A stretch of 63,563 bases of DNA, counting the filler, from Rhabdomonas costata (lineage: Eukaryota): NCBI GenBank assembly GCA_019059605.1. It is 57 parts of 57 records of this genome, joined end to end, with 100 filler letters (N's around TTAATTAATTAA, not from the genome) between each part and the next. Parts side by side here need not be neighbours in the genome. Positions count along the whole stretch, not along the records: positions 39,107 to 40,123 come from JAHMHO010033350.1; positions 40,224 to 41,240 come from JAHMHO010033351.1; positions 41,341 to 42,357 come from JAHMHO010033352.1; positions 42,458 to 43,473 come from JAHMHO010033353.1; positions 43,574 to 44,590 come from JAHMHO010033354.1; positions 44,691 to 45,707 come from JAHMHO010033355.1; positions 45,808 to 46,824 come from JAHMHO010033356.1; positions 46,925 to 47,941 come from JAHMHO010033357.1; 49 more parts are not named here. One strand, given 5' to 3'. A program made the position numbers and the translations under genes. Shown here piece by piece: positions 39,985 to 53,185 of this stretch (position 1 is its first letter; the number at the start of each line of letters is the position of its first letter). Under the pieces are notes generated by a model. It made no database searches. It was given only the letters and a program-made list of their open reading frames with translations, and was not told the origin of the DNA.

Positions 39985-42457
39985 TTAAAGAGAACAAACG
40001 TGGCAGACGCCCCCCCCCCCAACAAACACACTATTCACTACTCAGCTGAATAGTGATATCTACTCAACTGGTTCGAGGCAAACATTGCCTATCCAGAACC
40101 CGGCATCAGAATTTCTTCTCTCANNNNNNNNNNNNNNNNNNNNNNNNNNNNNNNNNNNNNNNNNNNNTTAATTAATTAANNNNNNNNNNNNNNNNNNNNN
40201 NNNNNNNNNNNNNNNNNNNNNNNGGGGTTGGGCACTGAAAACGCCCCGCGAAAGAAGAAGAACAACAACAAAAATAGGTTCATGCACTTTGCAGCACTTG
40301 CAACAATGGCCCACCGAAATAATGTGAAAATCGTTGCGCGGGGCATTCTGTCAAAAGAATTTTCGGAATCGGTAATGATAAGCTCGCCCCTCGCCAGGGC
40401 GCAACAAAGAGGTGATCCTAAGAAGACACAGGGATTTCATTCCTGCGCTGAACAGGGAGAGCCAGAGATTGCAAAATAGAGAGCGCTGCAAACGCCTTAT
40501 TGGCCGAGGAGAATGGGGCAGAACCAAAGCACAGCACACACGCAAGAATGTACCTCGCCAAAGGGGTCTGAGGGAAACTCTCGGTAGGATTGGAGAACAA
40601 GAGGGCCTGGTGGTGGAAGTGCAGGGATGACGATGCTATGTCCTTCCTCTTCCACGCCTGGGATCGCGGGGACCTCTTTTACAATGGGACAATGGACTCT
40701 AATCGTGGGCTGCTCCTCAGGATACGCGGTCCTCTGCTCAGGGCCGTTATGGACTGCCAAATCCTCTTGACCGCATCTCAACGAAGCGTCCTCGAGTGTT
40801 GGCTGGAGTGAAGGGGACGACACGAGGTGGGTGCCACAGCAACTGGCCACCGCAGACAAGTCCAGCGATGATGGGCATGAATCTGGGAGGATACAAAAAG
40901 CAAATCCATCCCAATCGCCAACCTTTTCTCCCCTCAACACAAAGTTTTCTTTCGGGCAAATGCCTACGTTTGCTATGCGTAGTTCACATGAAGAAATAAA
41001 GCCGCAGTTCAATGATGATGATATCGTAATCTTAATTGAGGCATGCTCCTCTCCTGCGATTTCCAGAAAGCACCCACAACACTGTGGCAAATTAGTCTCA
41101 TCGCAAAGCAACGCACCGCTAAAAGTCACAGGGTCCTCTGGGCATTGGCTCTCCCGCAAGGCATTCCCGGGCTGTGAAGCCGAAGGCGGAATTATTGATG
41201 CGTCGGAGCACATGGTGGAACTCGAGGCAACCCCCAAAACNNNNNNNNNNNNNNNNNNNNNNNNNNNNNNNNNNNNNNNNNNNNTTAATTAATTAANNNN
41301 NNNNNNNNNNNNNNNNNNNNNNNNNNNNNNNNNNNNNNNNGTTGTGGTGGTTGCTGGATGGTGCATGGTCCATGGTTCATGTGATGGTGCATGTGTTTTG
41401 TTTTTGCTGTGCCTTTTAAATGTTTGAACATGTTCGTCTGGAACACCCCGTGGTTCATCTGATCCCCTACCAGTTTTTATTTGAGCGATTTCTGGTTGAA
41501 AGTAGCTTATTTGGAGGGTAGATCTTGGCAGTTTGAGAAGATATTACCGTCCATTCAGCAATGAACAGTGGGTCCACCAACTGAAAAGGTACTCTGGTTG
41601 TGTAACAATGTCTCCATGGTAGCACTCGACTATGCGTCATCTGCTGTTTGGCTCTGCGCTCGCTATGCAAGCCTTCGTTTTACTACGATCGTTGACGTTT
41701 ACTAGCGAGCCCAGGGGACTTCTTTGTGGGTCCAAGCGTGGCTTTCTTTCATGGAAAATCTACGGATTCTTTGCTGACTCACTGATTTTGCTGCCTTTTG
41801 ATGGGTTGCGATTCTTCGGCGCGGTTCCTTTCCTTTCACTGCCTGCACATTGCACATGGGCTGGCGTCCCTTTCTTGCAGTTCTGCTTTTCCTTTTGGTG
41901 GGGCCGTGGGGTGTCAGCGGCGTGTGGTCACAGGCCAATGGCACACTCTCCCGCCTGGGCCATCTCAGAGGCTGCCACGATGCAGGCCAACCCTACAACG
42001 GTGTGGCAAGAAAGTAAGCATGACCTGAAGCATTGTCTGTTCATTGCCACCATGGAATTATGGTGGCTGGGCGAATTTTGATAAGTTCCTCGTCATTTTT
42101 GTTTTACTCTTTGTTGCAAATGAGGCTTCCGAGCATTTTCGGGAATTGAGAGATTCCGGGTACAGCAGCAAATCTCGACTTTTGCTCTCGTCTTTTTTTC
42201 TCTGCAATCATGCTTTTTTTCTGGTAATGTTAGTGTGGGGCTCGAAATTCGGTCTTTCCTTCATTGCGAGCATGGCCCCACGTCGTGTTGAGTAGTAGCT
42301 CTGTTTGAATGCATTTTTCTATAAACTTGGAGACCTGGGGGTTTCACACCCCCACCCNNNNNNNNNNNNNNNNNNNNNNNNNNNNNNNNNNNNNNNNNNN
42401 NTTAATTAATTAANNNNNNNNNNNNNNNNNNNNNNNNNNNNNNNNNNNNNNNNNNNN

Positions 42458-43441
42458 GGTGGGTTGCAGCAGCGGTGCTGTTGGCTGTGGGCCTCACGGT
42501 GGCGATCTCCGCACCATTGGTGCGGCTTGTAGACATGATCCATCGGATTGCCACGATGGAATTGGACGGCCTCGCCATCGACCCGAAAGAGATGTCGATG
42601 TTCAAGGAGATTCGCAACACTCAGGTGGAGCGTGGTTTTGATGTGGGCGTTTCTACTGCACACGTTTTAAAACTGAGATGTCCTCGTTGGAAAGGATCAA
42701 TGATCAGGATACTGGTTTACCGGCTCTCCAGATTGATGCGTTGAATATCGTTCACGTAGTGCCGTCGGGCAGCACGTCGACGTCCGTCATTGTCAAGTGA
42801 ACCTGAAGTTGCTGAATACCGTATCCGGACAGATGGACACACTCCGTTCCGGTATGTAGGCACATAACGCCGAATGGAATCGGAGAGTACGAGCATGCCG
42901 CTTTTTATCAACCTTCTTGGAAAATTTTCACGGTTTTAAGACCCGGACATGTCGTCCTTCATTTTTCTCCTCATAATGACCCCTCTTTCTGTTGGAATTG
43001 ATATGATGCGACAAGAAATGTGAATTGCAGTGACCTCATTCGTATGAACGTATGAGGCGTGTGAGCTGCTCCGTTTTTTTTCCTTTTTGGATGTAGGTGT
43101 GGCTCAATGATACCATCGGAATTCTTACTCAGCTCCGCTGCTACATCCCACAGACCCTGTTCCCCACTCGCCTTGCCCCGAGGGAAGCGGACGGCTCAAT
43201 AGAAGAGCCCACTCAAGCGAATCTACCACAGGATGAATCATCTGCCTCGCTGGAGGGGCCCGTCGCCCACCGCTATAGTCCTCGCCGGGCGGCGCCCCCT
43301 GTGGGACGACGCAGCCCCGACCTCCCCGGGGCCCAGCTTGTGCTGCCCCAGACGGAGCTTGGGCTTCGGAGCGGCACCGTGACGCTGCTTCTGGTGGACA
43401 TCACGGACTTGTCGGCGGTGGTGCGGACGCGGCCAGAGCAA
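42458..43441 (+). CDS. Receptor-type adenylate/guanylate cyclase fragment: TM, HAMP-like region, linker and start of the cyclase domain (exons 42458-42624 and 43097 to about 43441)
   Basis: LLAVGLTVAISAPLVRLVDMIHRIATMELD...SMFKEIRNTQ|VWLNDTIGILTQLRCYIPQTL...GLRSGTVTLLLVDI. Confidence 0.75.
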
Positions 43442-45807
43442 GTCGAGGAAAAGTCCGTGATGTCCACCACAACNNNNNNNNNNNNNNNNNNNNNNNNNNN
43501 NNNNNNNNNNNNNNNNNTTAATTAATTAANNNNNNNNNNNNNNNNNNNNNNNNNNNNNNNNNNNNNNNNNNNNGGGGTGGGTGTGGGAGTGTGTGCACAG
43601 GTGCAAGCACGGAACGTCACTTCCGCTCTTGCGATTTGGTCGGGTTACCAGGGTTGCTTTGTATCTGTGCGGCTGTTGTGTGCGCCGGACTTTGAACAAT
43701 GAACAATGAACAGTTCGGCTTTTTAAGATGTATAAGGACTTCCTGAGGTGAGTTGCTTTTATGCCGTGAGACTGCGTCTGGGAGGTGCTTCTTCTTCGTC
43801 TCCCATTTCCTATTGCTCTCAGGAGCCCTTTCCCAACAAAACCGGAGAAACAGCGCGGGGGATCAAGCTGGAGGGTCTGAGGAACATCGCGGTTGCCATG
43901 ATTAAGGTTTATTGTCGCACCACTGTTGCTCGGCTGACGCGGTTGCTTTTGGTAGAATGTCGGCTATTTTTCCAAAATTGCGAGAGCTATTGTAATTTGC
44001 ATTCCCTGTGTCATCGATTACATGCACTTTTCTCACCACCAATCTATTTAGTGTTATCAGGTTTGCCCAGGCCTGGTCTGTGCCCACAATCCACGTTCAC
44101 TGACGAGGATGCTGCGCAATTCCCGTGGGAGAGGGGGGATACAGAAAATCGTTTGCATTGGGAGTATAGTTGTTCTTGCCGTGTGATCGATTAACAGGAA
44201 TAGAGGTAACAGCATGGAAAGAAGATCACGTGGGAAGATCACTGGAAGATGGGGCAGAGAGCCAAGGAAAAGGCTTCTTTTTCACGCCTGTTCCCTTATG
44301 TCGACGGCCCCTTTCTCGGTGCACAGAACGGTGCCTCCATCAGGGGTAGCATTGAGAGCATCCCCCTCCGTGCGTTCTGTGCGTTGTGCTAAGTGATGGG
44401 GCATCCCTCACGTCACCCTCCCACAGACCCAGCACACGGAGCGAATCGCTCTGCCAGAGCTCCAGCAGCGACTCCGTGAGGTACGCACCTGCGCGGAAGT
44501 TGCCGAAGAGATCGCGCAGGGCCTCACCACGCCCAGCGCGCGGCATGCGCGGTACACGCAGTTACTGGCGTCGTAAAGTCCACCACACCCNNNNNNNNNN
44601 NNNNNNNNNNNNNNNNNNNNNNNNNNNNNNNNNNTTAATTAATTAANNNNNNNNNNNNNNNNNNNNNNNNNNNNNNNNNNNNNNNNNNNNATTTTTGGGG
44701 TCAATAATTACCCAGATCTAAACCCCCTTTCCCCATGTAGTCTATGTTGTTTCACAATGAGGAACCCAGACTACCATAAAAGTCAACACTGACCCAATGG
44801 TGGAAAGGGGGTTTAGATCTGGGTAATTATTGACCCTAAAAAGTGCATTTTAAAATCGAGCTTTGTCATATAAATTGAAGACAAAATTCAAAAAAACGTT
44901 TGGTATAAAAGCTGTATAAACTAGGGAATACTGGCATTTTTGCTCGCATTGAAAGTCATGCAATCCATGCTAACTACCCTGACCAGAAAACATCATTTGC
45001 CTCACGTGAAGACCCTCCACAGAGGAAGTTCTGTTCATGCTGCGGAAAACCTCCCTTGGAACCTATGACGTTCAAAATGACCTCAAATACAATTGCCCTC
45101 ATTTACTGAAGTAGTTGCCAAAAAGTTACCCCAAATTACTTGCGCTATTGCCGCTCAATTTTAGCAGACAATTATACCCTAAACTGATTGACGGTGACAA
45201 AATTAAATTACGAGTGTACAATTTCATCCCGTATGACATACGTTATCGTTAAGATCCTTGCGCAGTTCATCTCTATCAAAAAACTGACTCTGAATTGCAG
45301 CATATGCATGGTGTGCATATTTTTCCTGCGCATGAGATAAAGATGTTGTCTTTGTAAAAGCATAATACTAAGCTTTATGTGGAGAACCGAAAGCTTCCGG
45401 CATGCAGTGTCAAAAACTCCAAATGGATCCACGTGATAAATGCAATGTGAAAAGCCCATTTACCACCACCCAACAAAATTGATGTTTTGCACATGCTCCG
45501 TCACTCTACAGCGCACGTATTTCATACCATTTTGCGTGTTCCGTAACCCACGCTCCCTCCCTCCATCTCTCCCACATGTCTTATGAGCCTAATCTGCAGC
45601 GAATGCGGAATGATGAGGCACACCCAATCAGGTGCAGCACCTGAGCGAGCGCGTTCAATCGCTCAGCATTGCCTCAACGCAGCACCACACACCGTGACCA
45701 CACACAANNNNNNNNNNNNNNNNNNNNNNNNNNNNNNNNNNNNNNNNNNNNTTAATTAATTAANNNNNNNNNNNNNNNNNNNNNNNNNNNNNNNNNNNNN
45801 NNNNNNN

Positions 45808-45919
45808 GTTGGGGTGTGCCGTGAGATCCTCCCGGGAGCCCACAGAATCATGGCTGGAGCCCGCCGTGGGCAACACACGGGCGGGATTGCTGCACGGGCT
45901 GGCCCCTCGGCTAGGATGT

Positions 45920-45955
<36 letters not shown>

Positions 45956-46014
45956 ATGGTCTTCTCCTCATCAGCGGAACCAAGCACGGCCTCAGGAAGA
46001 TAGGCTCGGAACTC
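45808..46014 (-). CDS. Probable cyclase-family linker exon with (EP)n repeat
   Basis: AG|EFRAYLPEAVLGSADEEKTIEPEPEPEPEPEP... The (F/L)RxY(L/I)P motif is also present in the cyclase exon at 43097. Confidence 0.5.
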
Positions 46015-49000
46015 CTTTGGGTTCGGTAGATGAGGCAGCAACAGAGAAAAACACGGAAATACAGAGGGAAAACGGGGCGGAAGCCTGCACCGGCTCTTTG
46101 AAACACACTTTGAAAGAACGGTACATTCCTTCTGTTGGAGAAAGAACTGGTTTGGCACTCCTGGCTCCTGGCTCAGGCCAGGATTTCGATTAGCTCAGGT
46201 TTCTCTTCGGAATTTCTTAGGAGGGCTTGCGTTCGGGGTGAAATTCAGAAAAATCAATTCCGAAGTCCGAGGGAGTTCTCTCACGGATCGTTAACTCCCG
46301 CATGTCGCGAAGACGATGCATACAACAAAGAGTTGGTCTAAGATGATAAACGAAAGGACACCAAGCATCGCCAAGCAAAGGGCTGAGTAACAAGGTGGTT
46401 GGAGACTATACACAAAAGCAGCGCTTCGGACAAGTGCAAGGGGCACGGGTACAACCAGCGATTCAAGCGATCTCGTGGGTACAGGGATGATTCACGTAGA
46501 ATTGGAGCACACGTGGGTTTGTTTAGGAGTCAAAAATCCTGAAACTCATTTGAGGAAAGAAATGCGATACCAACCGAAGGGCGTCTCCAAATGGGGCAAA
46601 TCATTCATCTGCGCTTGCGATCAGCTTAGAACGCGATAGATAGAAAACGTGATGCGATGTGCAAAAGACAGTTAGCAGACAAAGCAACGGAACCACGAAA
46701 AAAGAGCTTGTGAAAGACGACTAAGTTCTCTCACACGCGTAAACATCCTGAAAAGCATACCCTGGGTCCCCATAACACAGCGAAAGAAGAAACAAACAAC
46801 ACACCATCAGCTTGCTCACCACCANNNNNNNNNNNNNNNNNNNNNNNNNNNNNNNNNNNNNNNNNNNNTTAATTAATTAANNNNNNNNNNNNNNNNNNNN
46901 NNNNNNNNNNNNNNNNNNNNNNNNGGTGTTTGGTGAAGCTGTAAAGCCAGCGCATATTTGCTTTTTAGGAAGGTTAAGGTTGCTTTGCACTCAGAAAGTG
47001 CTCGGTATCACCCGTGAAATGGCATGCCCCTGCTTTCGCATCTTGTGTCATGTGGTGCATGTGTGTCGTGAACGAAGGCCATTTGTTTTTGGCCGCTGGT
47101 CTTGTGAGCACCCGGTTGTCCACTGCTTGCGAATGAATGTGCGGTGTCTTTCTGCTTTGCTTGGATAAGTTGGGTCTATGCTCTTCAACTTATCTCGCAT
47201 ATTGTTTTCGGGCGAGAATCACAGTTCTTCCCTGGGCTCTGGGACAGAATGGAATCCTAAAAACTGCATGTATTGAGTTTGTCGCGATCCAGCTAACCTT
47301 GCAGATGCTGGGGTGTTGAGCTGGAGCCCTTTCTGGTTCCTGTGGGATTTAAAAAGGTTGGAAGGCCAGCCTAGTGTCCAGCCTAGTCTCTCTTTTTTTA
47401 CCCAGTACGGTGAGATTTTTTTCCTCTCTGGCAAGCGCGATGGTCCTTTATTTCCTTTGGCAGGTATTTGCATTGTTCGTTTACAGGCAGGCAACCGGTG
47501 CGAATGAGAGCGGGTGTGCACTCGGCCCTAAAGAGGGTATTTTATGGCCCCCTTGCTTTGATCTGTACCCTGGCGTCTACAAACGTGATCATTAGCAAGG
47601 AACAATTCCCGTTTATCGTTTTCCATCTGGGCTTATCTCGTCCATGATAGATTCTGTACAACTATTATTGCTATTTTTTCCTGTTTGGCAAATGCTTCTT
47701 CCTTGGGACCTGCTCGTTTTGGTGGCGAGCCTTGTGCGGAGCCACCGCAGCTTTTGTGCGGTATGCTGGGAATGGTTCCGGGCCTGCCACCACCGCTTTG
47801 TAAAGCTCATGCTCACCTCCGCCAACCTTAGCCCACTGGATATTCTTGCTGAGCTTGCCACCACGGGGTCCGTTTTGCGGTCAGCTGAGGCCCTGCGGGT
47901 TGAGGTTTCCGCAAAACGGACCCCGTGGTGGCAACCCCACANNNNNNNNNNNNNNNNNNNNNNNNNNNNNNNNNNNNNNNNNNNNTTAATTAATTAANNN
48001 NNNNNNNNNNNNNNNNNNNNNNNNNNNNNNNNNNNNNNNNNGTGTTGTGGGGGGGCCTGAGGATTTGCCGCAGCACCGACAATGTGGAAGCTCTGTGGGA
48101 GCTACCGTTCCAATGCGGACAAATAGAAAGAGGATCCCTGCATTCGCTTTGTGCTTTGTGGCCTTGCCTTCTCTTTTCCAGGGGCCCGCTGTGCTCACTC
48201 CTCGCTTCATTCTGGTTCCGATTCCAAGTCGGGACCTTCCCTCAAGGCAGCCAAGTTCCCCGCCTCAATGCAAAAGGGCGTTCGAGTCTGCGGAAGCTGC
48301 AGCGGCTGATTTCGTGCCATCGTCCTCCACGTGAGCCCACGCACCCTGATGAGAGCAAGGCTGCTTACAAGACCTCAGCGGCCGCGCGCGGGGAAGTAAT
48401 GTAGGAAAGCTGTGCGGTGTAGTAGCACGGTGTGCTAAGTATTTTTTCACATTGTGCTCCAAAAAACTCTTGGGCTCTTTTTTTTCATCCTAAGCTCTAG
48501 GGAAGGGAGGGGGTTCGCTGGCGGCTTGTTCAGATAGTTCTGATGGATGCCGAGGGACTGCAATTTGGGTATGCATCCCTGAGAGGGGGGGGGGCTCCCG
48601 GACAGGCGATATTCAGCAAGCAGTACCGGTTGAGGGACTACGGTTGATCGATATCCTCCGCCACACGACAGATGGGATACTTTCCGGCCTCTCTACAGGC
48701 TGTGTGCAGTTCGGCCATAGGGCAGAACTCCCTTGAACCTGTCTCATCATGGGGATTCAGCAAGGAAAAACAACACAGTGGGCTTTTCACTTCACATAAT
48801 GGTCGACACTTAACCCAAAAACAACCCCACACACAACACGCAAGCATCCAGGGGTCCGTTGCACCACGCCCAAAGGAAGCGCACAGCACCGCTGGCATTG
48901 GAGTGAAAGCAAAACACAGGCCACAAATTTGGACAGGCGCGGATAAAGGCTTCGCGCCTACCGAAAGGGAAAACGCACACAGAGCCGAACGGACCCCATA

Positions 49001-50325
49001 ACAAAACAAACAAGCCAAGCCCACAGTAGCACGAAGTTTTCCACATTTCCACACAAAANNNNNNNNNNNNNNNNNNNNNNNNNNNNNNNNNNNNNNNNNN
49101 NNTTAATTAATTAANNNNNNNNNNNNNNNNNNNNNNNNNNNNNNNNNNNNNNNNNNNNTTTGTGCTTTTCACCGAAGACACCATGCCATTGTGTCACCAG
49201 TGGGCTGCTTCCTGCAGAGCATGGGTGTACGCCTGGTCAAGACGGTCCATTTGCTCACGCCCTTTCTTCATTATGGAAAGCTTTTGCCGCACCCTCCGGA
49301 TGTCGGAGCTGAGAATGGTCGCGCCAAAGTAACCATGAGGAGTGCCATACTTCCTGCTGGAAGCAGCCCACTGGTGACACAATGGCATGGTGTCTTCGGT
49401 GAAAAGCACTGACTCAAGTTTTCATGCAAACTGACATATGAAGCACACACAAACAAAAAAGAAGAGGTCAGAATTTCTGCCAAAAACACACAGAAAAGTC
49501 CTCTCTCGTCCCTCCACCCTCCTGGGCAAAAACTGGTAATTTGAGAAGATTAGTGAGTTAGTGAAAGGAGCTCAGTGGAATTTTAAGTGCACAATCCAAA
49601 AGAGGAACAAGATCTATATCAAGCTCCTCCAGTGTGAACACAGAAAAAATATTCCACGATGAGGTGACGTGCTTCAGGCTGCTTCTTCCTCAATATACTG
49701 TCGTCAACGGGGTCAAGAACAACCGAGAAGCTACACCGCAGCCAGATACGTTTGGTACTTTGTCTTGGTACTTGGTGAGTACGACAGTTGCAACGATTCG
49801 AACAGCTCAATGAGCTTCTCCTGGAAGTCCGTAATTGGAAGACACCCTGAATCACTCATTTCTATCTGAGAGAAAGAGGGTAATTAACGTAAAAAGAATT
49901 ATGAAAAGAACACATCTCCATCAGAGAATGAAGGAAGGAGCCACAAATGAATTCGCAGTGAGCACTGCTGAAAAGGAGAGCGCGCTTCTGCCTCGTAGAC
50001 GACTCCAGAGGGATACTCGGTCGAGTCCAAGTGAAGAAGCGGGCACTCTGCGTTCCATTCGTAAACCTGAGCGAGAGGCAACCAACTATTTACAATTTTG
50101 CACCGGTCAATAAAAACAAGGAACACAACTATTATTTCTTGCTATCGGCCAGAATTGACGAGCCGGCATCTCCTTNNNNNNNNNNNNNNNNNNNNNNNNN
50201 NNNNNNNNNNNNNNNNNNNTTAATTAATTAANNNNNNNNNNNNNNNNNNNNNNNNNNNNNNNNNNNNNNNNNNNNTTTTGTGGTGCAGTACACCACAGCC
50301 AGAGAAGGAAGAAGGGGGACTGCAC

Positions 50326-50883
50326 CACATTAGCAATCATCGATGAGGAGGCCCGCGAAGTTTTCACTTTAGGATCCTGAAAATCGGGCAGCACACCACA
50401 TACCATGGCGCGTATGGTACATGTGCAGGAACATCACTGGATGGGACCACACAGGGCGTACAGTTCACGGGAGGCCTGCGCGCCTTTAGTTGGCGATCTC
50501 TCTACCTCTCACTCTCCTATGAGCCACGTTGCCCACCTCATCCGGAGCGCAAGGTATGCTAAAACTCACACTTCCCACACTCGTAACATAACACACTCTC
50601 TGATCTCTCTTCCACTTTTGTACCTTTCCCCAACTTCTCTCTCCCACTCACAATCAAGAATTTTCTTTTGGTACAGATGTGTGGTGGACACGGGCTGCAG
50701 CCTCTGGTGCCGCCTACTTCCCTCACGCGCGTGAGCGGTGGCATACGCGGCTGAACTGGGAGATCAGTAAGTCCAGGTCCACTGTGGGGCCCGCCCTGAG
50801 GGCCTCGTGGAGCCCCCGCAGAAGCCCTTCGTCCGCGAGCACCGCGGAGAGCGCGTCGAGCCGCATCAAGAGAGTGGCCCGGT
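50326..50883 (-). CDS. MSH4: MutS-family protein, lever domain; most like meiotic MSH4 (exons 50883-50747 and 50376-50326)
   Basis: RATLLMRLDALSAVLADEGLLRGLHEALRAGPTVDLDLLISQFSR|DPKVKTSRASSSMIANV aligns by eye to the MSH4 pattern RLD.V.ELL.DE.L...L...L..F.D...L.S.....PK......A...I.N. Phase-0 GT-AG intron. Confidence 0.62.
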
Positions 50884-51439
50884 CTGGGTGTGGGGGACCC
50901 CAGTCATGCATAAGGCAGAGGGAAGGAACCATGAAAATGCGCGTCTTAAGGGGACGCGCAATGCATACGAATGCGGACAGACAAAGGCAAACTCCAAGAA
51001 TTGGGTGCCAGCAGCCAAGGACGAAATATTATCACCCCCACCACAAAACCACCACGCAAAATGCCCCTTCTCGCGACAGACGTCACACCAAAAAGGGAGG
51101 ACAAGTCTCCAACCACAGAAAATCGTAACTGCCCAAGAATACAGAAATGGCGCAGCATACCGTTCAGAGGTTGCACCAGCTCAGCCCGCAGCCTTTTCCC
51201 TGAAAGGGCGAAATCGTGGGCGTGAGGGGACTCCCAAAAACTGCTCCAACTGGCTAACCTCCCCCTTAGTGGTTCTGCGTGCCACCACCCCCNNNNNNNN
51301 NNNNNNNNNNNNNNNNNNNNNNNNNNNNNNNNNNNNTTAATTAATTAANNNNNNNNNNNNNNNNNNNNNNNNNNNNNNNNNNNNNNNNNNNNGGTTTTTG
51401 GGTGCCTGCAAATTTTCTAAGTCGAAAAATTTTTTTTCG

Positions 51440-52400
51440 ACTTAGAAAATTTGCAGGCACCCAAAAATGACCAAATTTTCGACTTTTTCGGGTCATATCT
51501 CGAAGTATCAGAATTCGTTTTCTTTCGTTATTTTTGCGTTAATTCGGGCATATTTAGGGCTTTTGGGGGGTGCTATACTCCCGAGACATCATTCCACGTT
51601 ATTCGGGAGATTTTTGAAAATTTGCAAATTTTTGGTCATTTTCGTCCTTTTTGGGCTGTTGTATGGGAAAAGTGTGAATTTCGTCCCGGAGCCATGTTTT
51701 TGCCATTATTCCGTTACTGTAACACATTTTGATGGAATATTTCACTATTTTTGCAACAACAGTGACCAGAAGAGATTGCAGAAAAGTGCTTTTCAGTCAC
51801 AAAAAACTCGCCAGGTACTCTCACGGTGATGGTTAAGAAGGCACTTTTAAAAAAATGAACGTTTTCCATGGAAGGGGTTTTTGGCCCAAAAAACCGACTT
51901 TTTGGGTCATATCTCGGAGTAGTCGAATCCGTTTTCCTTCGTTGTTTTTGCGTTGATTGGGGCTTATTTATGCCAATTTAGGCATGTTACACCCCCGGGG
52001 TGTGGTATTTTGGTATTCGGCAATTTTTTGAAAAATCACGTTTTTGGGGTCATTTTGGGCTCTAGGGCCCTTTGTATGGGAAAACGTCGATTTTCTCCAG
52101 GAGCCATGTTTTGGGCATCGGCTTGTGTACGTAGCATGGTCCTGTGCACCAAATCATTATTTAGGGTTATGAATCGTCCAGCAGAGATTCAGGAAAACCG
52201 CATTTGCAGTCTCAGACCATGCGGGGGTACTCTCGGGGTGATGGTTAGGGTCGAGGTTTTAAAAAAATGCAAGTTTTCCATGGAAGCCTATTGTAGGCCA
52301 AAAAATCGAATTTTTTGGGTCATATCTCGGAGTAGTCGAATCCGTTTTTCTTCGTTGTTTTTGCGTTGATTGGGGCATACTTAGGCAAATATAGGGATGC
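51440..52400. repeat. Tandem satellite, monomer about 414 bp, about 2.3 diverged copies
   Basis: The CATATCTCG...CGTTTT...TTTTTGCGTT block recurs at about 51494, 51908 and 52321. GGAGCCATGTTTT and GGTGATGGTTA also recur with about the same spacing. Confidence 0.88.
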
Positions 52401-52574
52401 CCCAACAACNNNNNNNNNNNNNNNNNNNNNNNNNNNNNNNNNNNNNNNNNNNNTTAATTAATTAANNNNNNNNNNNNNNNNNNNNNNNNNNNNNNNNNNN
52501 NNNNNNNNNTTTGTGGTTGGAGAAAAGGGCGGTGGAGAAGTACCGTTGGTCTTCATCCCCCCCCTACATCTAGG

Positions 52575-53185
52575 GAGTGAGGGAGCGTAGCGACCTCACG
52601 ACCAGCAAAGAACATCTTGGGGGCCCCATGGACACGAACGCAGTGAGAGTACATGGGGATAGGGGGAGCGCAGCTACCGTCAAGTAACCTTTCTTCTTTC
52701 TTCAACAGGAGGAACGAGCGTAGCGAGTGACGACCATCTTAACATCTTTTGAGTTCAACATTACGAACGAAGTGAGTGGAGCGTAGCGAAACGAACGCAG
52801 TGAGAGCGTGGTCCGGAGGGCCTCTCTTCAACTTCTTTCTCTTCTTCCTTCTCTTCTGGACATTACGAGCGGAGCGAGGGACACGCAGTGGACCGAGCGT
52901 AGAGAGAGCGTCGCCGGAGGCGGTCTTCATCTTCATCTTCTCTTCTGTATTAGGGTTGGAGCATGGCCGTAGCGTAGCGGAGGACATGCGACCATCTTTA
53001 ACATGTATCCTCTTCGTCGGATCTCTCGGTCCCTCGAGCCCCTTCCTTCACCCTCTACTCGTTCCCTCCACCGGCATAAGCACGGTTACGGTCACTCCAG
53101 CAACTCACCATTACGCGTCACTTCGATCGCTCCACCACCATAAGGATGGTTTCGCTCACTCCGTCCTTGGCGTAGCCGTAGAGGA
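52575..53185. repeat. Cluster of GCGNAGC/ACGNAGT mini-hairpin motifs; possible mobile or rolling-circle element sequence
   Basis: Repeated GAGCGTAGCGA, GAGCGGAGCGA, ACGAACGCAGTGAG and ACGAACGAAGTGAG interleaved with CTT-rich spacers; no convincing ORF. Confidence 0.7.

Noticed and set aside
44692..44841. Inverted repeat at contig start
   Set aside because: Same terminal fold-back pattern; likely an artefact or an assembly break.
47644..47941. Possible F-box (VCWEW...) protein
   Set aside because: Only a weak partial motif; not enough support.
49162..49409. Inverted repeat of about 56 bp
   Set aside because: Begins at the contig start; likely an amplification fold-back.
51395..51467. Near-perfect hairpin at the start of the satellite contig
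   Set aside because: Terminal palindrome with a tiny loop and no matching palindrome in the later monomers; probable artefact.
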